Below are positions 39,542 to 47,126 of a stretch of 55,333 bases of DNA, in pieces. The number at the start of each line of letters is the position of its first letter. The first letter of the stretch is position 1. Location: the IMG/VR virus record IMGVR_UViG_3300031716_000012, positions 1 to 55,333 of that record. One strand, 5' to 3'. A model generated the notes under the pieces. That model made no database searches. It saw only the letters and a list, made by a program, of their open reading frames with translations, and had not been told where the DNA came from. The DNA comes from a virus (taxonomy: Duplodnaviria; Caudoviricetes). Position numbers and translations under genes: made by a program.

Positions 39542-40741
39542 GTGTACCGGACTAAATGTGGCCTGTGCCAGACAGGCGATCTGAACATGTTCCTCGATCT
39601 GGGCACCACGCCCCTGGCTGATCGGTTCGTGGAGAACCGGGGTGACGAGGAGGAGCGCTTCCCGCTGCGGGTGGCTATGTGCGAGCGCTGCAAGCTGGTC
39701 CAGTTGCAGGACATCGTGCCGGATGAGGTGCTGTACGGCAGTGACTACGCCTACTACACGGGTGCCTCAAAAACCCATGACGTGTACTGGACTGGCTACG
39801 CCAGGGACATCGAGGAGCGGTTCGAGCCCCAGTCGGTGCTGGAGATCGCCTGCAACGACGGCAGCCTCCTCACGAAGTTCAGCGACGTGCCCTACCGGCT
39901 GGGTATCGACCCGGCCTCCGGCCCGCTGGAGCACATGGATTCGAAGATCGCCCGCATCAACGACGCGTTCACCGCTGCACTGGCAGGCAACGTGGGGCAA
40001 ACCTTCGACGTGGTGATCGCCAACAACGTTCTGGCGCACGTGTCCAACATGGAAGATTTCGTGCGTGGCCTCGACAAGGTCACCCACCGGGATTCGGTGG
40101 TGGTGATCGAAGTCCAGTACCTGGCGGACCTGCTGGTAGGGAACCAGTTCGATCACTTCTACCACGAGCACCGGTCCTTCTTCTCGTTGCGCACCTTGAC
40201 GCGGCTGTTCATCGCACTCGGGTTCACCATCTTTGACGTGGAGCGCCAGGCAGCCCAAGGTGGCAGCCTGCGGGTGTTCCTGTCGAAGGGTTCCTTCAAG
40301 TACCCGGTCAGCGCTGAAGTGGAGATCATGAAGGCTGGGGAGGCGTGGCTGGACGAGTGGTTCACGATGGAGTCCCTCGTCGGTCGCGTGGACCACATCC
40401 GCGACTCTCTCGTTGAGGGCCTGTACGGGTGGCGCAAGTTCTACAGCCAGGGCGTCCTGGCCGGGTACGGTGCCACCGCCAAGTCCTGCACGCTGCTGAA
40501 CTACTGCGGCATCGACCACGAGTTCCTGGACTGGGTACAGGACACCACCCCGTGGAAGCAGAACAAGTTCACTCCCGGCACCCAGATCCCGGTACTGGCA
40601 CCGAAGGACGAACCGGTCCGTCCGGACCTGTACCTGCTGCTGGCCTGGAACTACCTGCCCGCCATTCTGCGCAAGGAGACGATCTACATGATTGAGGGTG
40701 GCAAGTTCCTGGTGCCCCTGCCGAAGCCGGTGGTCCTGTGA
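39542..40741 (+). CDS. NDP-hexose C-methyltransferase (TcaB9/NovU/EryBIII-like)
   Basis: Zn motif CGLC..CERC, LEIACNDGSLL, NVLAH, YHEH, GGSLR, GYGATAK..LLN, KQNKFTPG..IPV, LLAWN. Confidence 0.88.
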   Translation: MYRTKCGLCQTGDLNMFLDLGTTPLADRFVENRGDEEERFPLRVAMCERCKLVQLQDIVPDEVLYGSDYAYYTGASKTHDVYWTGYARDIEERFEPQSVLEIACNDGSLLTKFSDVPYRLGIDPASGPLEHMDSKIARINDAFTAALAGNVGQTFDVVIANNVLAHVSNMEDFVRGLDKVTHRDSVVVIEVQYLADLLVGNQFDHFYHEHRSFFSLRTLTRLFIALGFTIFDVERQAAQGGSLRVFLSKGSFKYPVSAEVEIMKAGEAWLDEWFTMESLVGRVDHIRDSLVEGLYGWRKFYSQGVLAGYGATAKSCTLLNYCGIDHEFLDWVQDTTPWKQNKFTPGTQIPVLAPKDEPVRPDLYLLLAWNYLPAILRKETIYMIEGGKFLVPLPKPVVL

Positions 40742-41622
40742 CGAAGGTGCTAGTAACAGGAGCGTCTGGACAGGACGCCTACTACCTGATGCCCAAGCTG
40801 GCTGCACTGGGCTACGAGGTGTACGGCGTGGTGCGCGGCGGCGATCCTGGGCGGCTCATGTACCTGAAGGACATCCCGTTCCTGCGTCTGGTGCAGGGGG
40901 ACCTGCTCGACTACCCGTCTCTGCTGGCGCTGGCGACGGAGATCTACCCCGACATCGTGATCAACACGGCTGGCCTGACGTCCCCGGCCGACTGCTGGGG
41001 CACCCCGGAACTGGCCCAGATGACCAACGGCACTGGGGCTGCCCGGCTGCTGGACATCATCTCCAACCCGGAGGTTCGCTACATCCAGTTCGGGTCGATC
41101 GCCGAGTTCGGTCCTTATGGTGCCTCGAAGCTGTACGCCGAGAGGATGATGGACGACTACCGGATACGTGGGTTCCGCACCACCACGATCAAGTTTGTGG
41201 GGCACCACAGCCCCCGTCGTCGTCCCCAGTTCTTCTCCCGCCGGGTGTCCATGAACGTGGCGAAGATCAAGAAGGGTCTCGCGGATGACCTGACCCTCGG
41301 GCCGCTGGACCGCCTACAGGACTGGGGCTGGGCCCCCGAGTTCATGGATGGGGTCATCGAAATCCTCGACAAGGACCCCGGCACCTACTGGATGGCTACC
41401 GGGAAGCCCGCGAGCCTGGAACAGTTCGTGGAGTTCGCGTTCAGGTCCGTGGACCTGGAGTACCAGGACTACGTCAAGTCCAGCGACGACAACGCGGTGC
41501 AGCCGTTCGATGTGCCGATCCTGTCGTCCCAGGCGGATGATCGTCTCCAGTGGCGTGCCACCACGGAGGCGTGGGATGTGGCACGGATGATGGTTGAGGC
41601 TGACCTTGCACTCCTTAGCTAG
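40738..41622 (+). CDS. gmd: GDP-mannose 4,6-dehydratase-like SDR
   Basis: TGASGQDAYYL, YGASK, HHSPRR, DWGWA, IAT-like MATG, MVEADL. Confidence 0.8.
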   Translation: MTKVLVTGASGQDAYYLMPKLAALGYEVYGVVRGGDPGRLMYLKDIPFLRLVQGDLLDYPSLLALATEIYPDIVINTAGLTSPADCWGTPELAQMTNGTGAARLLDIISNPEVRYIQFGSIAEFGPYGASKLYAERMMDDYRIRGFRTTTIKFVGHHSPRRRPQFFSRRVSMNVAKIKKGLADDLTLGPLDRLQDWGWAPEFMDGVIEILDKDPGTYWMATGKPASLEQFVEFAFRSVDLEYQDYVKSSDDNAVQPFDVPILSSQADDRLQWRATTEAWDVARMMVEADLALLS

Positions 41623-42262
41623 CATCGTCGTCCCCACGTTCCCCGGACGGGAGGAACTGCTCCTGGAGCGGTGCCTCCCGTCCGTGATCGCTCAAACCTG
41701 GCACCCGTTGCAGGTTGTCGTGGTCAGCGACCGGAACCCGATACTCCGTGACGTCATCAAGAACGACTATCCACACGGGTTCGGCACTATCGAGATGACC
41801 TTCGTGGAGATCAACGAATCATGGCGAAACCCGGTCACCGAGGCCAGCATTGGAGCGGTGCCGTGGTACGTAGGTAGCTTGCTCGCTCTCGGCGAGTTCG
41901 TTGGCTTTTGCGGGGATGATGACGAGCTTCTCCCCGATCACGTGGATCGTCACATCCATGCCCTTCGGGAGAATGAAGCGCTTTTTTCCGTCTCCCAGAT
42001 CGAGTTCAGGGCCGGGAACGTCCCACAGTTCAACGTAGGTGATCGATTCGAACATGGCCGCCTCGATGCGACCGGAATCATGTGCCATAAGGATGCCCTT
42101 TCGGTGGCTAACTGGTCCGCTAACGGTGAGAACGCGGCCGACTGGAGACTTGTACGCGACTGGGTCAACGCTGGCCTCGTTGGTACAATCCTACCGGCTC
42201 CGCATACCGGAGTCCACCATGACGGCTGGCTCGTCGGGAAGACAGGGAGACCTGACAGGTGA
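41594..42262 (+). CDS. Glycosyltransferase, GT2
   Basis: SIVVPT, SVIAQT, VVSD, GDDDE, DWRL. Confidence 0.85.
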   Translation: MRLTLHSLASIVVPTFPGREELLLERCLPSVIAQTWHPLQVVVVSDRNPILRDVIKNDYPHGFGTIEMTFVEINESWRNPVTEASIGAVPWYVGSLLALGEFVGFCGDDDELLPDHVDRHIHALRENEALFSVSQIEFRAGNVPQFNVGDRFEHGRLDATGIMCHKDALSVANWSANGENAADWRLVRDWVNAGLVGTILPAPHTGVHHDGWLVGKTGRPDR

Positions 42263-42447
42263 GTGAACCGAAGCTCAGTGATCTGGACCGCTGCGAACAC
42301 GGACGGCACTCGGTAGACAACTGCTTCGACTGCCCCGGTGGCCAGTCTCTCGGCAACATGTTCCTGGAAGACAACCAGCGGATCGGCACCACGCTCTACG
42401 GGGAGCCCATCACCGTTGGCTTCGTGCGTGGACCGCGTGACCGATGA
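42259..42447 (+). CDS. Small Cys/His protein
   Basis: DLDRCEHGRH..D.CFDC; coupled to neighbours. Confidence 0.6.
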   Translation: MSEPKLSDLDRCEHGRHSVDNCFDCPGGQSLGNMFLEDNQRIGTTLYGEPITVGFVRGPRDR

Positions 42448-43115
42448 AAGCTTTCGTGATCTTCAGGGACCGGCTCAGCTACGCGCTGGAGTGCATCGAG
42501 GCCCTGTACCGAGCCAACCTGGAAGTCCACATCATTGACCAGGGGTCCACGTATCCGAAAGCTGCTCTCTGGTTGAGGCAGCAACCAGCCACAGTCCACT
42601 ACCTGCCGAACCAGCACCCGCAACGGTTGTGGAACACCGGCATCATCGACCAGGTGGTGGGCCGGGACAAGCCGTACATCGTCACCGACTGCGATGTGGT
42701 GTCTGTGGCCCCCGCCGACTGGGTTGCTGAGCTTGAGGTTCTCCTGTACCGAAACCCGGACCGCAATAAGGTGGGCCTGGGCCTGGAGACCGAGGACATT
42801 CCCGACCACTACCTGCACCGTCGCAAGGTGATCGAGTGGGAGGCGCAGCACTGGGCCAACCCCATCGATCAAGAGACCTTTGCAAGAGAGCACCTGTACG
42901 GGGCCGCAGTCGACACGACGTTAGCGATGTACCAGCCGCTGAAGATGTACCCGTCGTTTTCTCTGGGCCCTGCTATCCGTACTGGTTTCCCCTATGTGGC
43001 CAAGCACCTGTCCTGGTATGAGGATTCGGCTAACCCGTCAGAGGAACAGATCTACTACGAGGCCCACATGAACCGGGACTTCTCTCACTGGATCGCACCA
43101 GAAAGGTACGCATGA
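42444..43115 (+). CDS. Glycosyltransferase, GT-A-like
   Basis: IFRDRL, IIDQGSTY, VTDCD, KVG, VDTT.A.Y, HLSWY. Confidence 0.75.
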   Translation: MKAFVIFRDRLSYALECIEALYRANLEVHIIDQGSTYPKAALWLRQQPATVHYLPNQHPQRLWNTGIIDQVVGRDKPYIVTDCDVVSVAPADWVAELEVLLYRNPDRNKVGLGLETEDIPDHYLHRRKVIEWEAQHWANPIDQETFAREHLYGAAVDTTLAMYQPLKMYPSFSLGPAIRTGFPYVAKHLSWYEDSANPSEEQIYYEAHMNRDFSHWIAPERYA

Positions 43116-43408
43116 AGTACGTGTATGTCTCGATCGGTAACAGTGATGACAAGCTCACCCAGGCCGAATGGTCCGAGTTCTGCGGCGACGTGTACACGGA
43201 GGTGATCGCGTTCCGTGGCAGCATCCACGGCCGCTGGTTCTCCGCATCGTCGGACATGTACCAGAACGCCTGCATCTGTTTCGAGATCAGCGACCGTCAC
43301 GCGAAGACCCTGAAGACTGCACTGAAGGTCCTGGCCCGCCAATACGGGCAGCAGTGGATTGCGTGGGCTGAGGCGGAACTCACCAAGCTGGGACCGGCAG
43401 CAGCATGA
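43112..43408 (+). CDS. Conserved hypothetical protein
   Basis: SIGNSDDKLTQAEW...QNAC; ATGA overlaps. Confidence 0.7.
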   Translation: MKYVYVSIGNSDDKLTQAEWSEFCGDVYTEVIAFRGSIHGRWFSASSDMYQNACICFEISDRHAKTLKTALKVLARQYGQQWIAWAEAELTKLGPAAA

Positions 43409-43677
43409 GCGCTGACATTCCTGAACTGATCCGGCTGGCCCGCAAGGGCAGGGAAGCTGAAGAGACCAACAAGGTGGTGGGTGGCTGTATCGCCCGAATG
43501 ATCCTGACTGTGATCTGGGCGTTCATTGACGGCCTGCTGCTCATGCTTGCGGTGATGTACATCCGCAGACACTGGATCGTGGAACTACCACCCCTCCAAT
43601 ACCTCGACGCCGTAGTGATCGTCGCGCTTCTCCGGGGCGTGTTCGACCGGATTCCCATAGTGAGGAACAAGAAGTGA
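43405..43677 (+). CDS. Membrane protein
   Basis: Two hydrophobic segments; coupled. Confidence 0.65.
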   Translation: MSADIPELIRLARKGREAEETNKVVGGCIARMILTVIWAFIDGLLLMLAVMYIRRHWIVELPPLQYLDAVVIVALLRGVFDRIPIVRNKK

Positions 43678-44300
43678 CCTACCCGCAAATCACCGTGGTG
43701 ATGCCGTCCATTCCGGCACGCGCCGTGCGCCGCAACGCTGCCCTGGCCTCCATTGGTGCCCAGACACTCTCTCCGGCCGCTGTGTCGCTCGCTATCGACG
43801 TGAACGGGGACGGGGCACCCCCAACTAGGCAGCGGGCCCTGGACGCGGCTGCGACCGAATGGGTGGCGTTCCTGGACGACGACGATGCGTTCATGCCCCA
43901 GCACCTGGACCACCTGTACCGGCACGCCATGGAGACAGGTGCCGACTTCGTCTACTCGTACTTCCAGGTGCTCGGGGGCACGGACCCCTTCCTCGCACCG
44001 GGCGAGCGGGAGTCGAAGCATTTCCTGAACGAGTTCGACCCGGAGAACCCGGTGGAGACGACGGTCACCACCCTGATCCGCACGGAGCTTGCCAAGGAGG
44101 TCGGCTTCCACAAGCTGGACCGGGGCGAGGACACGAACACGGGTGAGGACTATGGCATGGTTCTGGGGTGCGTCAAGCTGGGAGCGAACATTCGACATCT
44201 GGTGGAACGCACGTGGTACTGGACCCATCATGGAGGTAACACCTCTGGTCTACCAACCAAGGGGGACGCTAAGAAGTGGAACCCGGATGCCTTTGCATAG
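43674..44300 (+). CDS. Glycosyltransferase, GT2
   Basis: VVMPS, SIGAQT, WVAFLDDDD, VGF, GED. Confidence 0.9.
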   Translation: MTYPQITVVMPSIPARAVRRNAALASIGAQTLSPAAVSLAIDVNGDGAPPTRQRALDAAATEWVAFLDDDDAFMPQHLDHLYRHAMETGADFVYSYFQVLGGTDPFLAPGERESKHFLNEFDPENPVETTVTTLIRTELAKEVGFHKLDRGEDTNTGEDYGMVLGCVKLGANIRHLVERTWYWTHHGGNTSGLPTKGDAKKWNPDAFA

Positions 44301-44436
44301 ACTGTGGTGGTTCTCGCTGATAATCGGGGCCATTATTCTGGTCGCTGGCATCTCCACAGGTGTACTGATTGTCCTCTCTGGGAACAATTCCGACACCCAA
44401 AATGGAACGAATACAGTCTGTACGACCCCTAGGTAA
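44287..44436 (+). CDS. Small membrane protein
   Basis: Single TM segment WWFSLIIGAIILVAGI. Confidence 0.45.
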   Translation: MPLHRLWWFSLIIGAIILVAGISTGVLIVLSGNNSDTQNGTNTVCTTPR

Positions 44437-44542
44437 CGTTTTCCCTTACGATCAACATGAGAACCTCCCAATGATATGGAGTTCCCATGTTGATCGGAGC
44501 AAAATTAGACATCACGCTCAACTCGGGCACAGGCCGTGAGTC

Positions 44543-44920
44543 GTGGGAAACCTGACATGGCTTCAAACACTTGGGCTGACAGCCGGAACAGGATTGATTG
44601 GCCTCGTCGGATGGATCTTCCGCCGCGTTCTTTCGGGGAACCTGGTCCCGAAAGCAACTCTGGACCGAGAGAAGGAAATCTCGGCCCGGTGGCGGGAGAT
44701 CGCCGAGACCTACGCGGCCAACGACCGGCAGCGCAACGCGATCGTAGCCAGGAACAACGAAATCCTCGAAAGGGTCCTGGCCATCATCGAGCGAGCACCG
44801 TGGGTACGGCTCGATTCTGGGGATGGCTATCGTGGGTCACACGCATACGACGTGAACAGGACCAGGCAGATCGAGAATCCTCCGCAGCCCTGGCAGTGGC
44901 GCGACAGGCAACCCGAGTGA
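44543..44920 (+). CDS. Membrane protein (lysis-cassette type)
   Basis: N-terminal TM then G.LVP..T.DRE coiled region. Confidence 0.65.
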   Translation: MGNLTWLQTLGLTAGTGLIGLVGWIFRRVLSGNLVPKATLDREKEISARWREIAETYAANDRQRNAIVARNNEILERVLAIIERAPWVRLDSGDGYRGSHAYDVNRTRQIENPPQPWQWRDRQPE

Positions 44921-44987
44921 CGGAGCAGCAGAACCAGCGGTCGAACACTTTCGTGGAACGGATGGCAGCGCTGCTGGAGAGTGAACG

Positions 44988-45266
44988 ATGACTCTCGTCG
45001 GGGAGATCCTGTTCTTCATCTTGGTGGTGGTCAACGTGGCCACCATCATCAAACTGGGTTGGCCGTGGACCTACAGGCAGCGCGAGGTGTCCTGGTATCT
45101 GTGGCTGACCGCATGGTCTGCGGCCCTGTTCGATGGCACGTTCCTGTTCGCGATAGTAGCTAAGGCGTCAGGTCCCGTGGTTCAGGCCCTGTTTCTGCTG
45201 GCCTTGGGCCTTAGAGTGGTTGTGTCCGCATGGCTGCTGTGGATGATCGCGAAGAAGGAACTGTGA
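44988..45266 (+). CDS. Three-TM membrane protein, holin candidate
   Basis: Three hydrophobic helices, charged C-terminus. Confidence 0.55.
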   Translation: MTLVGEILFFILVVVNVATIIKLGWPWTYRQREVSWYLWLTAWSAALFDGTFLFAIVAKASGPVVQALFLLALGLRVVVSAWLLWMIAKKEL

Positions 45267-45502
45267 TGATGGGACTAGGTGACGTGAAGATCCGTGACGT
45301 ACAGACGATCAGGTTCATCCAGGCAACCACCGCAGCGCTTCAGGGCGTCATGGGCATGGCGGTGTTCGGGGACCTGATGCCAGTAAAGGTGGCCGGGGGC
45401 ATCGCCCTGGTGACTGCGTTCCTCCAGTTCTGGCTTGCCGCCTGGAACTCGGGGTTGCACAACGAGCCGACGAAGCAGTACGAGCCACCGAAGGGACTGT
45501 GA
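45263..45502 (+). CDS. Two-TM membrane protein, holin candidate
   Basis: Two hydrophobic helices; GTGA overlap, AAGGA RBS. Confidence 0.5.
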   Translation: MMMGLGDVKIRDVQTIRFIQATTAALQGVMGMAVFGDLMPVKVAGGIALVTAFLQFWLAAWNSGLHNEPTKQYEPPKGL

Positions 45503-45699
45503 TGAAACTGTCGGAAACGTGGCAGAAGGCCACTGCGTGCAGTGACAACGCCTGCCTTGAGGCACGGCAGGACGACGCTGGGGTGTCGGTGCGGAACAAC
45601 ACGAAGCCGGGAGACGTAATCGTCATGCCACCCAGCCACTGGATGACGTTCATCACCGTGGCAAGTACCGGCGAGTTCGATCTTGACGACGCATCGTAG
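45499..45699 (+). CDS. DUF397 domain protein
   Basis: WQKATAC..NACLEA..V.VRN.TKP......W..FI..GEFD matches DUF397 consensus. Confidence 0.85.
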   Translation: MMKLSETWQKATACSDNACLEARQDDAGVSVRNNTKPGDVIVMPPSHWMTFITVASTGEFDLDDAS

Positions 45700-46006
45700 G
45701 TACTACTTCGTACACGATGGTCCTTGGGAAATTCCGGAAGGTTACGACAAGATCGCTGCCGAGTTGCACGACCAATGCACCCGCAACTGGTGGTACAACA
45801 ACCCGGAAGTCCTAGGGGAAGCTCTCGGTGTACTGGAGTTCCGCTTCACCGCATCCGGTGAGGATCAGTGGCGCGCACACAAACGTGCCATGGCGCTTGC
45901 CATCACCTGTTATCACATCTGTGGCCTGGGGGCTGATCGGGTACCGCACCCAATGTGGGAGCCCCTGCCGCCTCACAGCAACAGGGGCTACTCACGTGTT
46001 CTGTAA
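45683..46006 (+). CDS. Hypothetical protein
   Basis: Last + strand ORF, overlaps DUF397 end. Confidence 0.6.
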   Translation: MTTHRRYYFVHDGPWEIPEGYDKIAAELHDQCTRNWWYNNPEVLGEALGVLEFRFTASGEDQWRAHKRAMALAITCYHICGLGADRVPHPMWEPLPPHSNRGYSRVL

Positions 46007-46148
46007 CGCCTCTCCCACGTTCGGCGGAACGCCACTCTCAGCCCGAAGCTGATTCACCCGCGATGCAGGTTAGCTGCCTGACGATTTAAGTCCCGTGGTA
46101 TCTGTAACGAGGCGAGGTCCATGCTTACACTTCCGGCGGATCTGTAAG

Positions 46149-46226
46149 TGGGCTAGGTGGGGATCGAACCCACGTCCGCGCGTTCCCGGAGTCTCACCCC
46201 CAGGGCTGCTCCAGCAGCACTAGCCC
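46149..46226 (-). ncRNA. tRNA-like element with non-canonical D and anticodon arms
   Basis: Acceptor GGGCTAG/CTAGCCC-A, T arm GTGGG-TTCGATC-CCCAC preceded by GGAC. Confidence 0.65.
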
Positions 46227-46230
46227 GTAC

Positions 46231-46349
46231 CTGGTCACGAAGGTTATTCGCCTACGACGTTCCCGCGCGTCCACGGGACCGGCTGAACAGGGCCGCTAAA
46301 CCCTGCGGAGTCCCAGCCCCAAGCTGGTGCCTGTTCCCGTCGTGACCAG
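46231..46349 (-). ncRNA. Multi-stem structured RNA module (unknown class)
   Basis: Closed by perfect 10-bp CTGGTCACGA/TCGTGACCAG; three internal hairpins; strand inferred from neighbours. Confidence 0.5.
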
Positions 46350-46407
46350 TCTTACGCCACGGATCACCTTCAGCCCTAGGAACTATGTGAAGATGCATTT
46401 GTGGCAG

Positions 46408-46484
46408 AGCCCAGAGCAGGATTTGCACCTGCTTAACTTCCCCTTGAGCTAGCCTTCGGGGTCGCCATTGCCTCTTGGCCGGGC
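46408..46484 (-). ncRNA. Degenerate tRNA-like element with TGCAAAT T-loop
   Basis: GCAGG-TGCAAAT-CCTGC arm; GCCCGG/CTGGGC acceptor-like stem. Confidence 0.45.
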
Positions 46485-46641
46485 GGGTGTAGGACTCACG
46501 CAAGTTTAAAGAGTTCTGTCTGTCCTACCGAGCTTCACTCTTGTGCCAGCCTAGGCTCCCGACCAAGCCAGACCCGGGGAGCGCTGAGCATGTCTGGCCT
46601 CGCAGTCCCATCACAATCTCACTGGCATGGGACCCTTACGC

Positions 46642-46710
46642 GTGTCACGACGGGACTTGAACCCGCGACCTCCCCTTCCAGGGCGCTCTTTCCACCTGAG
46701 CTACGTGACT
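46642..46710 (-). ncRNA. tRNA-like element lacking an anticodon loop
   Basis: GTCACG/CGTGAC acceptor, TA-GCTC-AGGTGGAAA-GAGC D arm, AGGTC, GCGGG-TTCAAGT-CCCGT; anticodon arm reduced to CCCT-GGA(A)-GGG. Confidence 0.75.
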
Positions 46711-46777
46711 CCCCAGCGGTACCTCTGGGGTAGGGACTGGGCCTTGGGGCAGCTACCCCCCGCAACCGATTCCTTCG

Positions 46778-46853
46778 TGGCGGAGCCTGGATTTGAACCA
46801 GGGATCTCGGGCTTATGAGGCCCACGGGGACGACCGAACTCCCCCACTCCGCG
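46778..46853 (-). tRNA. tRNA-Met(CAT), initiator-like
   Basis: Full cloverleaf, loop CTCATAA, T arm CCTGG-TTCAAAT-CCAGG, C1:C72 mismatch; CCA not encoded. Confidence 0.9.
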
Positions 46854-46873
46854 TCGCTATTCAGTTGAGGGAA

Positions 46874-46911
46874 CCCCAGCAACTACAGCCCACCGCGTGT
46901 AGCTGCTGGGG
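46874..46911. other. Strong hairpin at 5' side of the RNA array (terminator or leader structure)
   Basis: ccccagca-a-ctaca...tgtag-c-tgctgggg. Confidence 0.5.
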
Positions 46912-46973
46912 CATACCCCTGTCCCCGTGGGTATCGCGTGCCTTGTCAAGCTCGCAAACCCACAGTACCACAG

Positions 46974-47126
46974 TTACTTCTTGTTCGCCTTGGCGTCGGT
47001 GTACGCCTTGTCTGCCCGCTTGACGCGCTCCGCGTCCTCCTGGGTGGCCTTACCAGCGGCCTGGTTCTCTCGCAAGGCTTGCCGTGACTTCTCTAGCTCC
47101 ACGGCGGCGTCGTACTGACTGGTCAT
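46974..47126 (-). CDS. Small helical hypothetical protein
   Basis: AAGGAG RBS, ATGA overlap. Confidence 0.6.
   Translation of the reverse strand: MTSQYDAAVELEKSRQALRENQAAGKATQEDAERVKRADKAYTDAKANKK

Noticed and set aside
36666-44300. Host-derived polysaccharide locus (contamination or prophage flank)
   Set aside because: Genes are coupled to phage tail genes and interleaved with phage-type small ORFs; no flippase, polymerase or att/integrase boundary.
46007-46500. Full-length tmRNA
   Set aside because: The acceptor halves are only 78 nt apart, there is no G3:U70 and no tag reading frame.
46149-46710. Y RNA (YrlA) / Ro60 system
   Set aside because: Arm order is that of normal tRNA rather than the permuted YrlA order, and no Ro60/TROVE gene is present. 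Not fully excluded without a covariance search.
46157-47023. Short ORFs listed across the RNA array
   Set aside because: No RBS or coupling, and they run through tRNA arms.
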